This document shows positions 10,373-19,597 of a stretch of 34,968 nt of DNA, piece by piece (position 1 is the stretch's first letter; each line of letters opens with the position of its first letter). The position numbers and the translations under genes are program-made. Origin of the DNA: an uncultured Prevotella sp. (GTDB lineage Bacteria; Bacteroidota; Bacteroidia; Bacteroidales; Bacteroidaceae); assembly GCA_938023885.1 (NCBI GenBank), contig CALJCU010000110.1, forward strand, positions 1 to 34,968, given 5' to 3'. Under the pieces are notes generated by a model that was not told the DNA's origin, searched no databases, and saw nothing but the letters and a program-made list of their open reading frames with translations.

Positions 10373-10627
10373 ATGACCATCAACTTATCTCCGCAAGAAG
10401 CAAGTATTTTTAATGCGGCGTGGACACTTATTGAAAAGATGGACGACCGCATAAAAGTGGCTTTATACCTTCAATTGGGGAAAAGCAACAAAGTAATAGA
10501 GGACAGCAAGAAAATGACACACGAGGAAGCTCTGAAACTTGTTAAATCTTTGTCGCTAAAGCCTTCTGTCCCCATTCCTGCCGACGAGGACGGAAAAGGT
10601 GCATTAGCTAAATCTAAATATTACTAA
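10373..10627 (+). CDS. Small hypothetical protein, putative antitoxin of the PIN module
   Basis: 84 aa, AT-rich, directly upstream of a PIN gene and with its own promoter. Confidence 0.6.
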   Translation: MTINLSPQEASIFNAAWTLIEKMDDRIKVALYLQLGKSNKVIEDSKKMTHEEALKLVKSLSLKPSVPIPADEDGKGALAKSKYY

Positions 10628-10628
10628 G

Positions 10629-11048
10629 ATGATTATATTGTATTGATTGATACTAATGTTCCTTTTGGACGCCCTTTTCTCACGTGAGCCATTCGCCGAA
10701 AGTGCATGGGAGATTCTGTCTTTGGGAGTGGAAGGGAAAATTTCACTTAACATTTCTACGCTATCAATAGTAAATGCGGTTTATATAGCAAAGAAGTATG
10801 ATGTCTCTACGAAAGACGTTAAAGACAGACTTCTAAGTTTCAGTAAATATATAGATTATGTCGATTTGACGGACGATAATGTCATTGATAAGTTAGGTTC
10901 AGAATGGAAAGACTTTGAAGACTCCATTCAGTATGGTTCCGCAAAGATGGTAGCTGCAGACCTCATTATTACCCGGAATCCTAAAGATTTTATCAATTTA
11001 GATATTGTGATCAATACACCATCACAGTTCTTAGAAAATTATCAATAG
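10629..11048 (+). pseudogene. PIN-domain (VapC-like) ribonuclease with disrupted 5' end
   Basis: 'LLDALFSREPF', 'DFEDSIQY' and 'IITRNPKDF' are PIN hallmarks. The N-terminal 'VLIDTNV' (10640-10660) is in a different frame, and the ATG 10629 frame hits TGA at 10644-10646. Confidence 0.8.
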
Positions 11049-11094
11049 ACTGGATTCCTATTTTGGCGAGTCACTTTAAAAACTGACCATCACT

Positions 11095-11137
11095 GTGACG
11101 CGACCGCGTCACGATCTTTTCACGGCCGTGTCACGAT
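11095..11137. repeat. GC-rich palindromic cluster (possible terminator / REP-like element)
   Basis: GTGACGCG-ac-CGCGTCAC inverted repeat (11095-11112), palindrome CACGGCCGTG (11121-11130), and CGYGTCACGAT repeated at 11105 and 11127. Confidence 0.5.
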
Positions 11138-11243
11138 GACGCTACGCCTTAATCGTATCATCATCCAACTTTTAAGAGTGTGTCTTAACACACTAACTTA
11201 CACCTATTTATACATAGTAAGAGCACAACTTTTAGTTTGGTAC

Positions 11244-11304
11244 AATAGTGTCATTTTCAGCTAAAATAGTATTACATACTTACTACAAACAATTATTAAC
11301 TTTG
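11244..11304 (+). promoter_or_regulatory. susC1 promoter (-7 TAACTTTG 11297-11304) with direct-repeat operator
   Basis: AATAGTGTCAT at 11244 and AATAGTATTAC at 11265 (period 21); the second copy is 32 bp before the -7 box. Confidence 0.8.
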
Positions 11305-11388
11305 CAACTGTAATTGAAAAGCAAACTTAACATAAAGGCGAAATTACTTATTAGAACAATAATGGAAATCTAAAAATTTAGAGTAAGT

Positions 11389-14300
11389 ATGAGTTTTAAG
11401 ATTAGTACAACCTTGCTGACAATAAGTTGCTGCACCGCCTTAGGACTATCCTATTGCCCGCAGGCGCAAGCAACATCGCCTAACCTGAGTGCACAGGCCG
11501 TACAGCAAGTGAGAAAAGTCTCAGGACATGTAGTGGATGCTGATGGTCCAATCATCGGAGCCAGCATCGTGGAGAAAGGCAATCCTAAGAACGGAGCCGT
11601 GACAGACCTCGACGGTAATTTCTCCCTCAACGTCAGGCCGGGTGCTACCCTGGTCGTATCCTATATAGGATATAAGACGCAGGAGGTGACCGTAGGCAAC
11701 CAGCCGGACATCGCCATCACGCTGAAGAACGACGAAAAGACCCTCGAGGACGTTGTCGTCGTCGGTTATGGTGTACAGAAGAAGAAACTTGTCACCGGCG
11801 CTACCGTGGAGGTCAAGGGTGACAATATCGAGAAACTGAACACCACGCAGGTCCTCGGAGCTCTGCAGAGCCAGACTCCCGGTGTGAACATCACGGCAAT
11901 GTCCGGTCAGCCGGGTGACGGTTACAAAGTGGCCATCCGTGGTGCCGGCACGAACAGTGACACCAAGCCTATCTATGTCATCGACGGTGTTGCCGGTGGC
12001 GATATCAACAACCTCAACCCTGCCGACATTGAGCGTATCGACGTGCTGAAGGATGCTGCCTCTGCAGCCATCTACGGTGCCAACGGTGCCAACGGTGTGA
12101 TCCTCATCACCACTAAGCAGGGTAAGCAGGGTAAGATACAGATAAGCTACGATGGAAACACCGGTTGGCAGAACATGTACAAGATTCCTAAGCTCCTCAC
12201 GGCCAGGCAGTATATGCAAGTTCAGGATATGGTAGCCATGAACAACGGCGGCTCAGCCTACGACTGGAACAAATATATCGACAAAGACCTGCTGGCAGCT
12301 TATCAGAACGGCGGCAACGCAGGCACTGACTGGCTCGATGCCCTCCGCAACAAGAACGCCGTCACGACAAACCACGCCATCAACATCACCGGCGGCAGTG
12401 ACCGCAGCAAGTTCTCTACGGGTATCGGTTATCAGTACCAGAATGGTATCCTCGGCGGACAGTACGCTAAGTCTGACTTCCGTCGTTTCACCTTCCGCCT
12501 CAACTCCGAGCATGTCATCTATCGTAACAGTAAAAACCTGGATGTCGTGAAGTTCGGTGAGAACGTCTATTTTCAGCATCGTGAGAAACAGGGTATCCAG
12601 ATCGGCAACCAGTACAGCAATGTGCTCTCCACCGCCCTTCGCGCCAATCCCTGTGTACCTATCTATGATGCCGACGGCAACTACTTCGACGCCGACGACC
12701 TGGCTAAATCAGGTACAGAAGGCTGGATGAACTATAACTCTTACACCCTGAACCCGATCTATCAGCTCGTCAACAGTCAGAGTGCCAACAACAAGAGCCG
12801 CAACTTCAACCTCAACGCCATCGCATACGTGGAGATTCAGCCGACTAAAGGCCTTGTCTATCGTGGACAGGTCAACTACAGCCAGAACACCTACTCCTAT
12901 CGTTCCTTCCTTCCTATCTACAGGGCCAACACCACCAACAAGGACGGCTTCCGCACCGTCGACGAGACCAACCAACAGGCAGGGCTGGGATGGAACTGGA
13001 GTATGCAGCACACCTTAAACTATAAGTTTAACATCAGGGACAACCACTTCGATGCCTTGGTCGGTACTGAATATTACCAGACTCGTCCGGGCATGGGTGA
13101 GAGCATCAGCGGTATGGCCACGAACAGTATCTACAGAGACTTCAAGCATGGCTACCTCTCTCTGACTAAGGATCGTAACGGTGCTGCCACTGTCACGGGT
13201 GTGCCTTATACCGATGAGACCGTCAACTCTTACTTCAGCCGTATCAACTACGACTACAACGAGACTTACATGTTCAGTGCCATCCTTCGTGCTGACGGTT
13301 CGTCCCGCTTTGCCAGTGGTCACCGCTGGGGTTGGTTCCCCTCCTTCTCCGCAGGCTGGGTGATCAGCAACGAGAGGTTCATGCAGCCCGCTGCAAGTTG
13401 GCTCGACTTTCTGAAGTTCCGTGCCGGCTGGGGTCAGAACGGCAACAAGAACATCGGCGATGCCTTCGGCTACCTCGCTACCTATACCTATGGCGACCTC
13501 GGTTATTACTCCTTCAATAACACCAAGGAGAGCGCTACACAGGGTGCTTATCTCAGCCGTCTGGCCAATGAGGACCTGACGTGGGAGACCAGTGAGCAGA
13601 CTGACCTCGGTCTTGACGCCCGCTTCCTCCACGGCCGTTTGGGTGCCACCCTCGACTGGTATTACAAGAAGACCAAGGACCTGCTCGTACAGGTACAGAT
13701 CCCGGGTACCTCCGGCTTCTCTACGCAGTGGCAGAATGCCGGTACCGTGCGTAACTCCGGTTTCGAGGTTGCTCTGAACTGGAACGACAAGATCGGCAGC
13801 GACTTCAACTACGGCATCAACTGGAACATGGCCTACAACAGCAACAAGGTCACGGAGATCAAGAATGCCAACCGCTACAACGAGGGCGGTAACGACCTCC
13901 TGGCCCAGAACACGGGTATCATGGCCCGCATGGAGGAAGGCCATCCCATCGGCTACTTCTATGGTTACAAGACAGAGGGTGTCATGCAAAATGCCGCTGA
14001 CGTACAGGCTTATCTCGACAAGAACTGCGGTGGCAATGCAGCCAACTCTCTCCAGGGCTCCGACATCAAACCGGGTGATCTGAAGTTTGCCGATACCAAC
14101 CGCGACGGCAAGATCACAGCTGACGATAAGACTGAGCTCGGTGATCCGAACCCCGACGTGACAATGGGCTTCAGTTTCAATATCGGTTACAAGGGCTTCG
14201 ACCTCAGCGTGACGATCTACGGCGCCTTCGGCCAGCAGGTGATGCGCTCCTGGCGTAAGTTCACCGACGGTCAGTATGAGAACTACACCACAGAGGTGTA

Positions 14301-14652
14301 CAAATACTGGCATGGTGAGGGCACATCCAATAAGTATCCGCGTCTGACTCCGGGTAACACCGGCCCCAACTGGCAGCAAATCTCCGACATCTACTGCAAG
14401 AACGCTTCTTACTTCCGCATGCAGAACATCACGCTCGGCTACGACTTCAAACACATCTGGAAGTCATGCCCGTTCCAGCAGCTCCGTCTCTATGTCACTG
14501 CACAGAATCTCTTCACCATCACCGGCTACGACGGTATGGATCCTGAGAACGGTATAGCCCTCAACAGCAGCGAGCCATGGGTGACAGGTGTCGATGTCGG
14601 CAACTATCCTTCACCCCGTACCTATCTGATTGGTGTCAATGTTAAATTCTAA
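11389..14652 (+). CDS. susC: SusC/RagA-family TonB-dependent transporter (1)
   Basis: 'LEDVVVVGYG', 'IDVLKDAASAAIYGANGANGVILITTK', 'DGSSRFA', 'LTWETS', C-terminal 'YPSPRTYLIGVNVKF'. Confidence 0.97.
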   Translation: MSFKISTTLLTISCCTALGLSYCPQAQATSPNLSAQAVQQVRKVSGHVVDADGPIIGASIVEKGNPKNGAVTDLDGNFSLNVRPGATLVVSYIGYKTQEVTVGNQPDIAITLKNDEKTLEDVVVVGYGVQKKKLVTGATVEVKGDNIEKLNTTQVLGALQSQTPGVNITAMSGQPGDGYKVAIRGAGTNSDTKPIYVIDGVAGGDINNLNPADIERIDVLKDAASAAIYGANGANGVILITTKQGKQGKIQISYDGNTGWQNMYKIPKLLTARQYMQVQDMVAMNNGGSAYDWNKYIDKDLLAAYQNGGNAGTDWLDALRNKNAVTTNHAINITGGSDRSKFSTGIGYQYQNGILGGQYAKSDFRRFTFRLNSEHVIYRNSKNLDVVKFGENVYFQHREKQGIQIGNQYSNVLSTALRANPCVPIYDADGNYFDADDLAKSGTEGWMNYNSYTLNPIYQLVNSQSANNKSRNFNLNAIAYVEIQPTKGLVYRGQVNYSQNTYSYRSFLPIYRANTTNKDGFRTVDETNQQAGLGWNWSMQHTLNYKFNIRDNHFDALVGTEYYQTRPGMGESISGMATNSIYRDFKHGYLSLTKDRNGAATVTGVPYTDETVNSYFSRINYDYNETYMFSAILRADGSSRFASGHRWGWFPSFSAGWVISNERFMQPAASWLDFLKFRAGWGQNGNKNIGDAFGYLATYTYGDLGYYSFNNTKESATQGAYLSRLANEDLTWETSEQTDLGLDARFLHGRLGATLDWYYKKTKDLLVQVQIPGTSGFSTQWQNAGTVRNSGFEVALNWNDKIGSDFNYGINWNMAYNSNKVTEIKNANRYNEGGNDLLAQNTGIMARMEEGHPIGYFYGYKTEGVMQNAADVQAYLDKNCGGNAANSLQGSDIKPGDLKFADTNRDGKITADDKTELGDPNPDVTMGFSFNIGYKGFDLSVTIYGAFGQQVMRSWRKFTDGQYENYTTEVYKYWHGEGTSNKYPRLTPGNTGPNWQQISDIYCKNASYFRMQNITLGYDFKHIWKSCPFQQLRLYVTAQNLFTITGYDGMDPENGIALNSSEPWVTGVDVGNYPSPRTYLIGVNVKF

Positions 14653-14663
14653 ATTCCGAAACC

Positions 14664-16429
14664 ATGAATAAACTGTTATATCTGTTGTCAGCAGCAACGG
14701 TAAGCCTCACTCTGGCATCCTGCTCCCTTGATGCCGATGACATCACGGAGGCTACCGGCGACAAGTTCCCGGCATCGGAAGAAGATGCCACGGCATCCCT
14801 CGCCGCTATCTATGAGAACCTGAACCAGGTCTGCGCCACGCCCCAGCAGTCGTTCCTCTACCTGTCGATGCTCGCCAGTGACGACAACCTCGGCGGTGGC
14901 GGTACCAATGATAAGCTCATGCAGGCTGAGGATCTGCTCTGCAACTACAACCAGAACATGACGGAGCAGTTCTGGAAAGACCGCTACTCCGGCATCTCAC
15001 GTGCCAACGGCCTCATCGCTTCCCTGCCAAACATCACGACATTGAGCAAGGAGATCCGCAATACCGATATGGGTGAGGCCCTCTTCCTCCGTGCGTTCTA
15101 TCACTATGAGCTCGCCTCTATGTACGGCAACGTGCCTTTGATGACAGAAGCCACCGGTAAGGTGATGAAACAGGGTGAAGTGAAAGTGCTCTGGGAACAG
15201 ATTCTCCAGGATCTATATGATGCCGCTACCTGTTATCTCCCTGCCAAGCGCCGCAACGACGGTCATATTGACAAGTACACAGCAGAGGCTATGCTCGGAC
15301 GTGCCTGGCTGTTCTATACCGGCATGTACGGCAATGGTACCGACCTGAAAGCTCTCACCAGTACGGCCTATAGTCCGCTGACAGAGGTTGCCCTGCCTAA
15401 TAGCAAGACGCTGACAAAGAAGATGGTCAGCGACTGCATCGATACCTGTGTCAACAACTCCGGCTACTCTCTCGTTCCCGACTACCGCAACCTCTGGGCC
15501 TATACCAACCGCTGCACCGTGGAGGACTATTCCTACACCAAGGGCCAGGGCCTGAAATGGGTAGAGAACGACGAGACGGCTGCTTCCGACAACAACCCTG
15601 AGTCGATGTTCGCCGTCAAGTTCAACAAGCTCTCTTCCTGGTCAACCACCATCGGTTACGCCAACGGCTACGCTCTTCACTTCGGTATGCGTGGCGGTCA
15701 GGACTACGCCAACACGTTCCCCTTCGGCCAAGGCTGGGGTGCCGGTCCTGTCGCTCCCAACCTCGTGAAAGAATGGCAGGCTGACGAGCCTAACGATCTG
15801 CGTCTTGAGGCTTCCATCCAGGATGTCAACAAGCTCCCCGCTTACAAGAGAGGCGGCTGGGCTGACTTCGTCCAGGAGACCGACTACTATGAGAAGAAGC
15901 TCTCACCTATCTCTGCCAAGAACAGTGACGGCAAGTATGTGTGCTGCTTCGAAGATATCATGTATGGAGACAAAGGAGGTCTGAGCGGCGGCTATGGTAA
16001 CAACATGCAGCTCGACAACATCCACGACCTCGTGCTGATCCGTTTTGCCGACGTGCTGCTCATGCAGAGTGAACTCGAAGAGAATGTCAGTGGTATCAAC
16101 CGCGTTCGCGCCCGTGCCGGTCTGGCTCCTATCTCTACCTACTCGCTGAAAGTCCTGCAGAACGAGCGCCGTCATGAACTCGCCTTCGAGGGCGTGCGCT
16201 GGAATGATATCCGCCGCTGGCATATCGCTGCTGCCGCCTTGGAGGCACAGAACAATCAGCCTGTCTACTATTGCGGTAAGGAAGCAAAGAACACTGCCCA
16301 CAACGGGGGCTATGCGGCCCGTTACAATGCTACGCAGGATTCTTCAAGATGCCGGAGAACCAGGTATCCCTCGGCAGTGTCGTACAGAACGACGGATGGG
16401 ACAACAGCTCTGAGTATCAGGGCTGGTAA
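14664..16429 (+). CDS. susD: SusD/RagB-family lipoprotein (1); 1-bp frameshift near the C-terminus (~16333)
   Basis: Lipoprotein signal; 'GEALFLRAFYHYEL', 'IRFADVLLM', 'ERRHELAFEGVRWNDIRRW'. The natural SusD tail 'AGFFKMPENQ…VQNDGW…GW*' lies in another frame (16334-16429). Confidence 0.9.
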
Positions 16430-16459
16430 TGAGTAAAACTTTAAACAAGCTATCTAAGT

Positions 16460-17641
16460 ATGAACAAGATATTATTTGCTGCGCCTCTGCTTGCTTTGGC
16501 ACTGGCCTCATGCAACCCGTCCGACATTGAGGGCGGTGATGAATGGAGCGATGTCCCCGCCGGCCAGCTGCAGGTATCTGCTACGCCGGTCCAGGTCAAC
16601 GGCAAGAACTCCAACCAAGTACATGTCGTCTGCTCTTCACCGACGAATGTGTACTGGCAGGCTGATCAGCTGATCGAAAAGACGACGAACACGGTATCTT
16701 CCGATGCCACCATCTATTTCACAAAGCTCGGGCAGAACACCGTGAAATGTCTCACCACCAACGACGGTGGCATGCCGGAGGAGAAAGACCTCACCGTGCA
16801 GATCGATACGATCACCTATCTCACGGATGAGTTGAAGACCCGTCTGTGCATCGGTCAGACCGGCGCGCCCGACCACTTCGGCACAACGTTCAACAAGGAT
16901 CTGATCAAGGTGGAGCAGGACAAGGACACCAGCGGCAAGCTCGGCAACAAACTGAACATCGTCAGCAACCTCAATCCGGTGCTCTGCACCTTCCACTGGG
17001 GCACAACAACGCTCGACAAGACTATCGGCTCACTGACGACTTACAGTCTTGATACTCCGCAGGAGCTCACCGTGGACATCATGGATGCAGCCGGCAACAC
17101 GAAGACCATCGACCTCGGTTCTTACACCGCCAAGACTTACACGGATGCTCCGGCAGAGATCCAGCCCATCACCGGCTGCGATCCGAAAGATCCTGCTACA
17201 GCTGACAACGCCAAGACATGGGTGCTCTCTGAAGGCAACAACTGGGGTAACGGTGCCGCCACCGATGCCGCAGGGAGCTGGTGGACGACCGATGTCACAG
17301 GCCAGGGCGGCTCCTACGGCGAGATGACCTTCAGTTGGAAGGCCGGCACACTGACCACGCATATTGACAATGAAAGCAATGAGCGTGGCGACAAGAGCGG
17401 TACCTGCACCTTCAAGCTCGACTTCTCTACACGCAATGCGTCGACGAACGTCATCTGTAACCTCATCACAACTGGTGCCGGCAACATCGTCTTCCCGTAT
17501 ATCATCAACGAGAACTACAAAGAGTGCCACAACTTTGAGATCACGAAGGTGACGGATACCGACCTCTACATCCGTGCCCAGCATACCGTATCGGGCCATG
17601 AGGGAGAGGGTACCTTCTGGCACTTCGCCGTGAAGAAGTAA
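16460..17641 (+). CDS. Uncharacterised lipoprotein in SusE position (probable surface glycan-binding protein)
   Basis: Signal …LALASC; follows susD; Trp-rich C-terminal beta domain. Confidence 0.65.
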   Translation: MNKILFAAPLLALALASCNPSDIEGGDEWSDVPAGQLQVSATPVQVNGKNSNQVHVVCSSPTNVYWQADQLIEKTTNTVSSDATIYFTKLGQNTVKCLTTNDGGMPEEKDLTVQIDTITYLTDELKTRLCIGQTGAPDHFGTTFNKDLIKVEQDKDTSGKLGNKLNIVSNLNPVLCTFHWGTTTLDKTIGSLTTYSLDTPQELTVDIMDAAGNTKTIDLGSYTAKTYTDAPAEIQPITGCDPKDPATADNAKTWVLSEGNNWGNGAATDAAGSWWTTDVTGQGGSYGEMTFSWKAGTLTTHIDNESNERGDKSGTCTFKLDFSTRNASTNVICNLITTGAGNIVFPYIINENYKECHNFEITKVTDTDLYIRAQHTVSGHEGEGTFWHFAVKK

Positions 17642-17671
17642 TGCCGTAAAGAAGTAAACTTTTCTTCTTTT

Positions 17672-17713
17672 TCACGGGGGCTCTTTTTACCTGCGGAGTC
17701 CCCGTGATTTTTT
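17672..17713 (+). terminator. Rho-independent terminator
   Basis: TCACGGGGGCTC…GAGTCCCCGTGA stem followed by a T run. Confidence 0.75.
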
Positions 17714-17747
17714 ATCATTTGCGGCAAAATAATTACTTTTTTATTCT

Positions 17748-17755
17748 TATCTTTG
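17748..17755 (+). promoter_or_regulatory. -7 promoter box TATCTTTG for the DUF6057-like/TolB-like pair
   Basis: Matches the TAnnTTTG consensus about 30 bp upstream of ATG 17784. No AATAGT repeat upstream. Confidence 0.6.
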
Positions 17756-17783
17756 TACAGCAAAACAATATACATGACCTGAA

Positions 17784-19589
17784 ATGAAAAAAAAACTGGC
17801 CTCTCTGCTCTTCGCCGTCATCGTCGCAGTGTTCTGGGCCGTAGGCGAGACACACATCCTCGGTTATCAGGAACAGTACCAGATGTTCCTCTTCACGCCA
17901 GATTATTTCTGGCAGCGCTTCCACACGCCCGGCGGCCTCGTCGACTGGATAGCGGAGTTCATCACACAGTTCAACTACCTCTATGTCGTCGGTGCCATCC
18001 TTCTCGGCATCCTGTTCTTTATCTTCCAGCGCCTCACGACCCTGTTGTGCAGTCGTCATGGCATGTCCGACCGATGGTATGCCCTGACCTTCATCCCTGC
18101 TATCCTGCTGCTCGCCTATATGGGCAACGCTGACGTCATGCCGTCGTTCCTCGTCGCCCTCATCCTCCTCGAACTGATGATGTTGGGGTGGGATAACCTG
18201 CTGGATTTCAACACCGGCACAAAAATCATTATCCTAATCTTCAGCCTGCAAATTGCTTACTGGTTCTTCGGCCCAGTCACACTTTCCTTTGGCCTGTATA
18301 TCATCGTCACCACCTTGACCCGGAAAGAGGAAACCACAAAAAGCAAAGCATTTATTGTAGCCGGCGTTATCATCTTTATATCAATAGCCATCCGTGACGC
18401 CGTACGGGAGACTCCCTACCCACTCTACCGGCTCCTTGGCGGACTGAACTATTTCCGCTATCCCACCGCCATCCCTAAGATGCAGATCGTGCTGATGGTT
18501 CTTGTGCCGCTGTGGCCGTTCATCGGCAACCTCCTCAACTATTATGCTGCCAACAAGCCGGCAAGCAGACCCTCACACGCTAAGCCCATCGTCCTTGCCA
18601 CATGGACCATCATCGCCCTTGGCGGTGCTGCCTGGGTTTACACTTGCTTCAATACCAAGGCCAACGAGATGATCCGTTACGACTATCTCGTTCGCACCCA
18701 CAACTGGGACAAGATCTACAACTGGGACAAGATCTTACAGAAAGCAACGAAGACCGACGACCCGGCACCGATGGAGGTGGCATGCACGAACCTCGCCCTG
18801 AGCGAAAAAGGCGAGCTCTGCGACCGGCTCTTCGACTTCTATCAGAACGGGACACAAGGTCTCTTCCCCGTCTTCACGCGCGACATGCTCTCACCCGTCT
18901 CCACGGCTGAGACCTTCTATTTCTTAGGTATGGTCAACGATGCCGAGCGATATATGTTTGAGGCACAGCAGGCCATTCCCAACTTCCGCCGCAGCGCACG
19001 CCTGAGTCGCCGTATCATTGAATGCGAGATCATCAACGGGCATTATGCCGTAGCCCGTAAACTGTTGCACGAGCTGAAGCACACATTATTCTATAGGGCC
19101 TGGGCAAAGCAGCAGCTCACGACCCTCGACGGTCTACAGCGTGAGGCTATCATCAATGCCGACCCTGTCTACGGCAAACTGCGCCAGTACCGCGTCACGA
19201 AGGATTATCTCTTCAGCGACACGGAGATGGACCAGATGCTCGGACTGCTCTTCGCTCACTGCCACGAGAATAAGAACGCCTACGAGTATCTCATGGCATA
19301 TGAGCTCGTCAACCGTGACATGCCGCGATTCATGCAGTATTACCCCATCGGCCGCTATGCCGGATATACCGACCATATCCCCTACGCCATCCAGCAGGGA
19401 CTGCTCTACGACTGGACACAACGCCATGGCAGTTTCCAAGGACTGCCTTACAGCATCGACCCGCAATGGCGGCAAGCCATGGCGCAGTTCATCGAGACGT
19501 ATATGCGCGACAAGCACGCCCCGTCACTCCTTACGCCACCTCTTGGCAACACCTTCTGGAGCTACATGCTCGTGAAAAACTGGAAATAG
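17784..19589 (+). CDS. DUF6057-like integral membrane protein
   Basis: 'YQEQYQMFLFTPDYF…PGGLVDWIAEFITQF' N-terminus, multiple TM segments, soluble helical C-terminal domain ending 'GNTFWSY'. Confidence 0.75.
   Translation: MKKKLASLLFAVIVAVFWAVGETHILGYQEQYQMFLFTPDYFWQRFHTPGGLVDWIAEFITQFNYLYVVGAILLGILFFIFQRLTTLLCSRHGMSDRWYALTFIPAILLLAYMGNADVMPSFLVALILLELMMLGWDNLLDFNTGTKIIILIFSLQIAYWFFGPVTLSFGLYIIVTTLTRKEETTKSKAFIVAGVIIFISIAIRDAVRETPYPLYRLLGGLNYFRYPTAIPKMQIVLMVLVPLWPFIGNLLNYYAANKPASRPSHAKPIVLATWTIIALGGAAWVYTCFNTKANEMIRYDYLVRTHNWDKIYNWDKILQKATKTDDPAPMEVACTNLALSEKGELCDRLFDFYQNGTQGLFPVFTRDMLSPVSTAETFYFLGMVNDAERYMFEAQQAIPNFRRSARLSRRIIECEIINGHYAVARKLLHELKHTLFYRAWAKQQLTTLDGLQREAIINADPVYGKLRQYRVTKDYLFSDTEMDQMLGLLFAHCHENKNAYEYLMAYELVNRDMPRFMQYYPIGRYAGYTDHIPYAIQQGLLYDWTQRHGSFQGLPYSIDPQWRQAMAQFIETYMRDKHAPSLLTPPLGNTFWSYMLVKNWK
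18700..18735 (+). repeat. Perfect 18-bp tandem duplication within the CDS
   Basis: ACAACTGGGACAAGATCT x2, giving HNWDKIYNWDKIL. Confidence 0.9.
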
Positions 19590-19597
19590 CACACACA

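Noticed and set aside
13015..14454. Long antisense ORFs (also 4240-5379, 19562-20938, 21735-22997, 26654-27760, 30413-31360)
   Set aside because: They are shadow frames opposite well-supported genes with strong third-position C/G bias, and they show no motifs.
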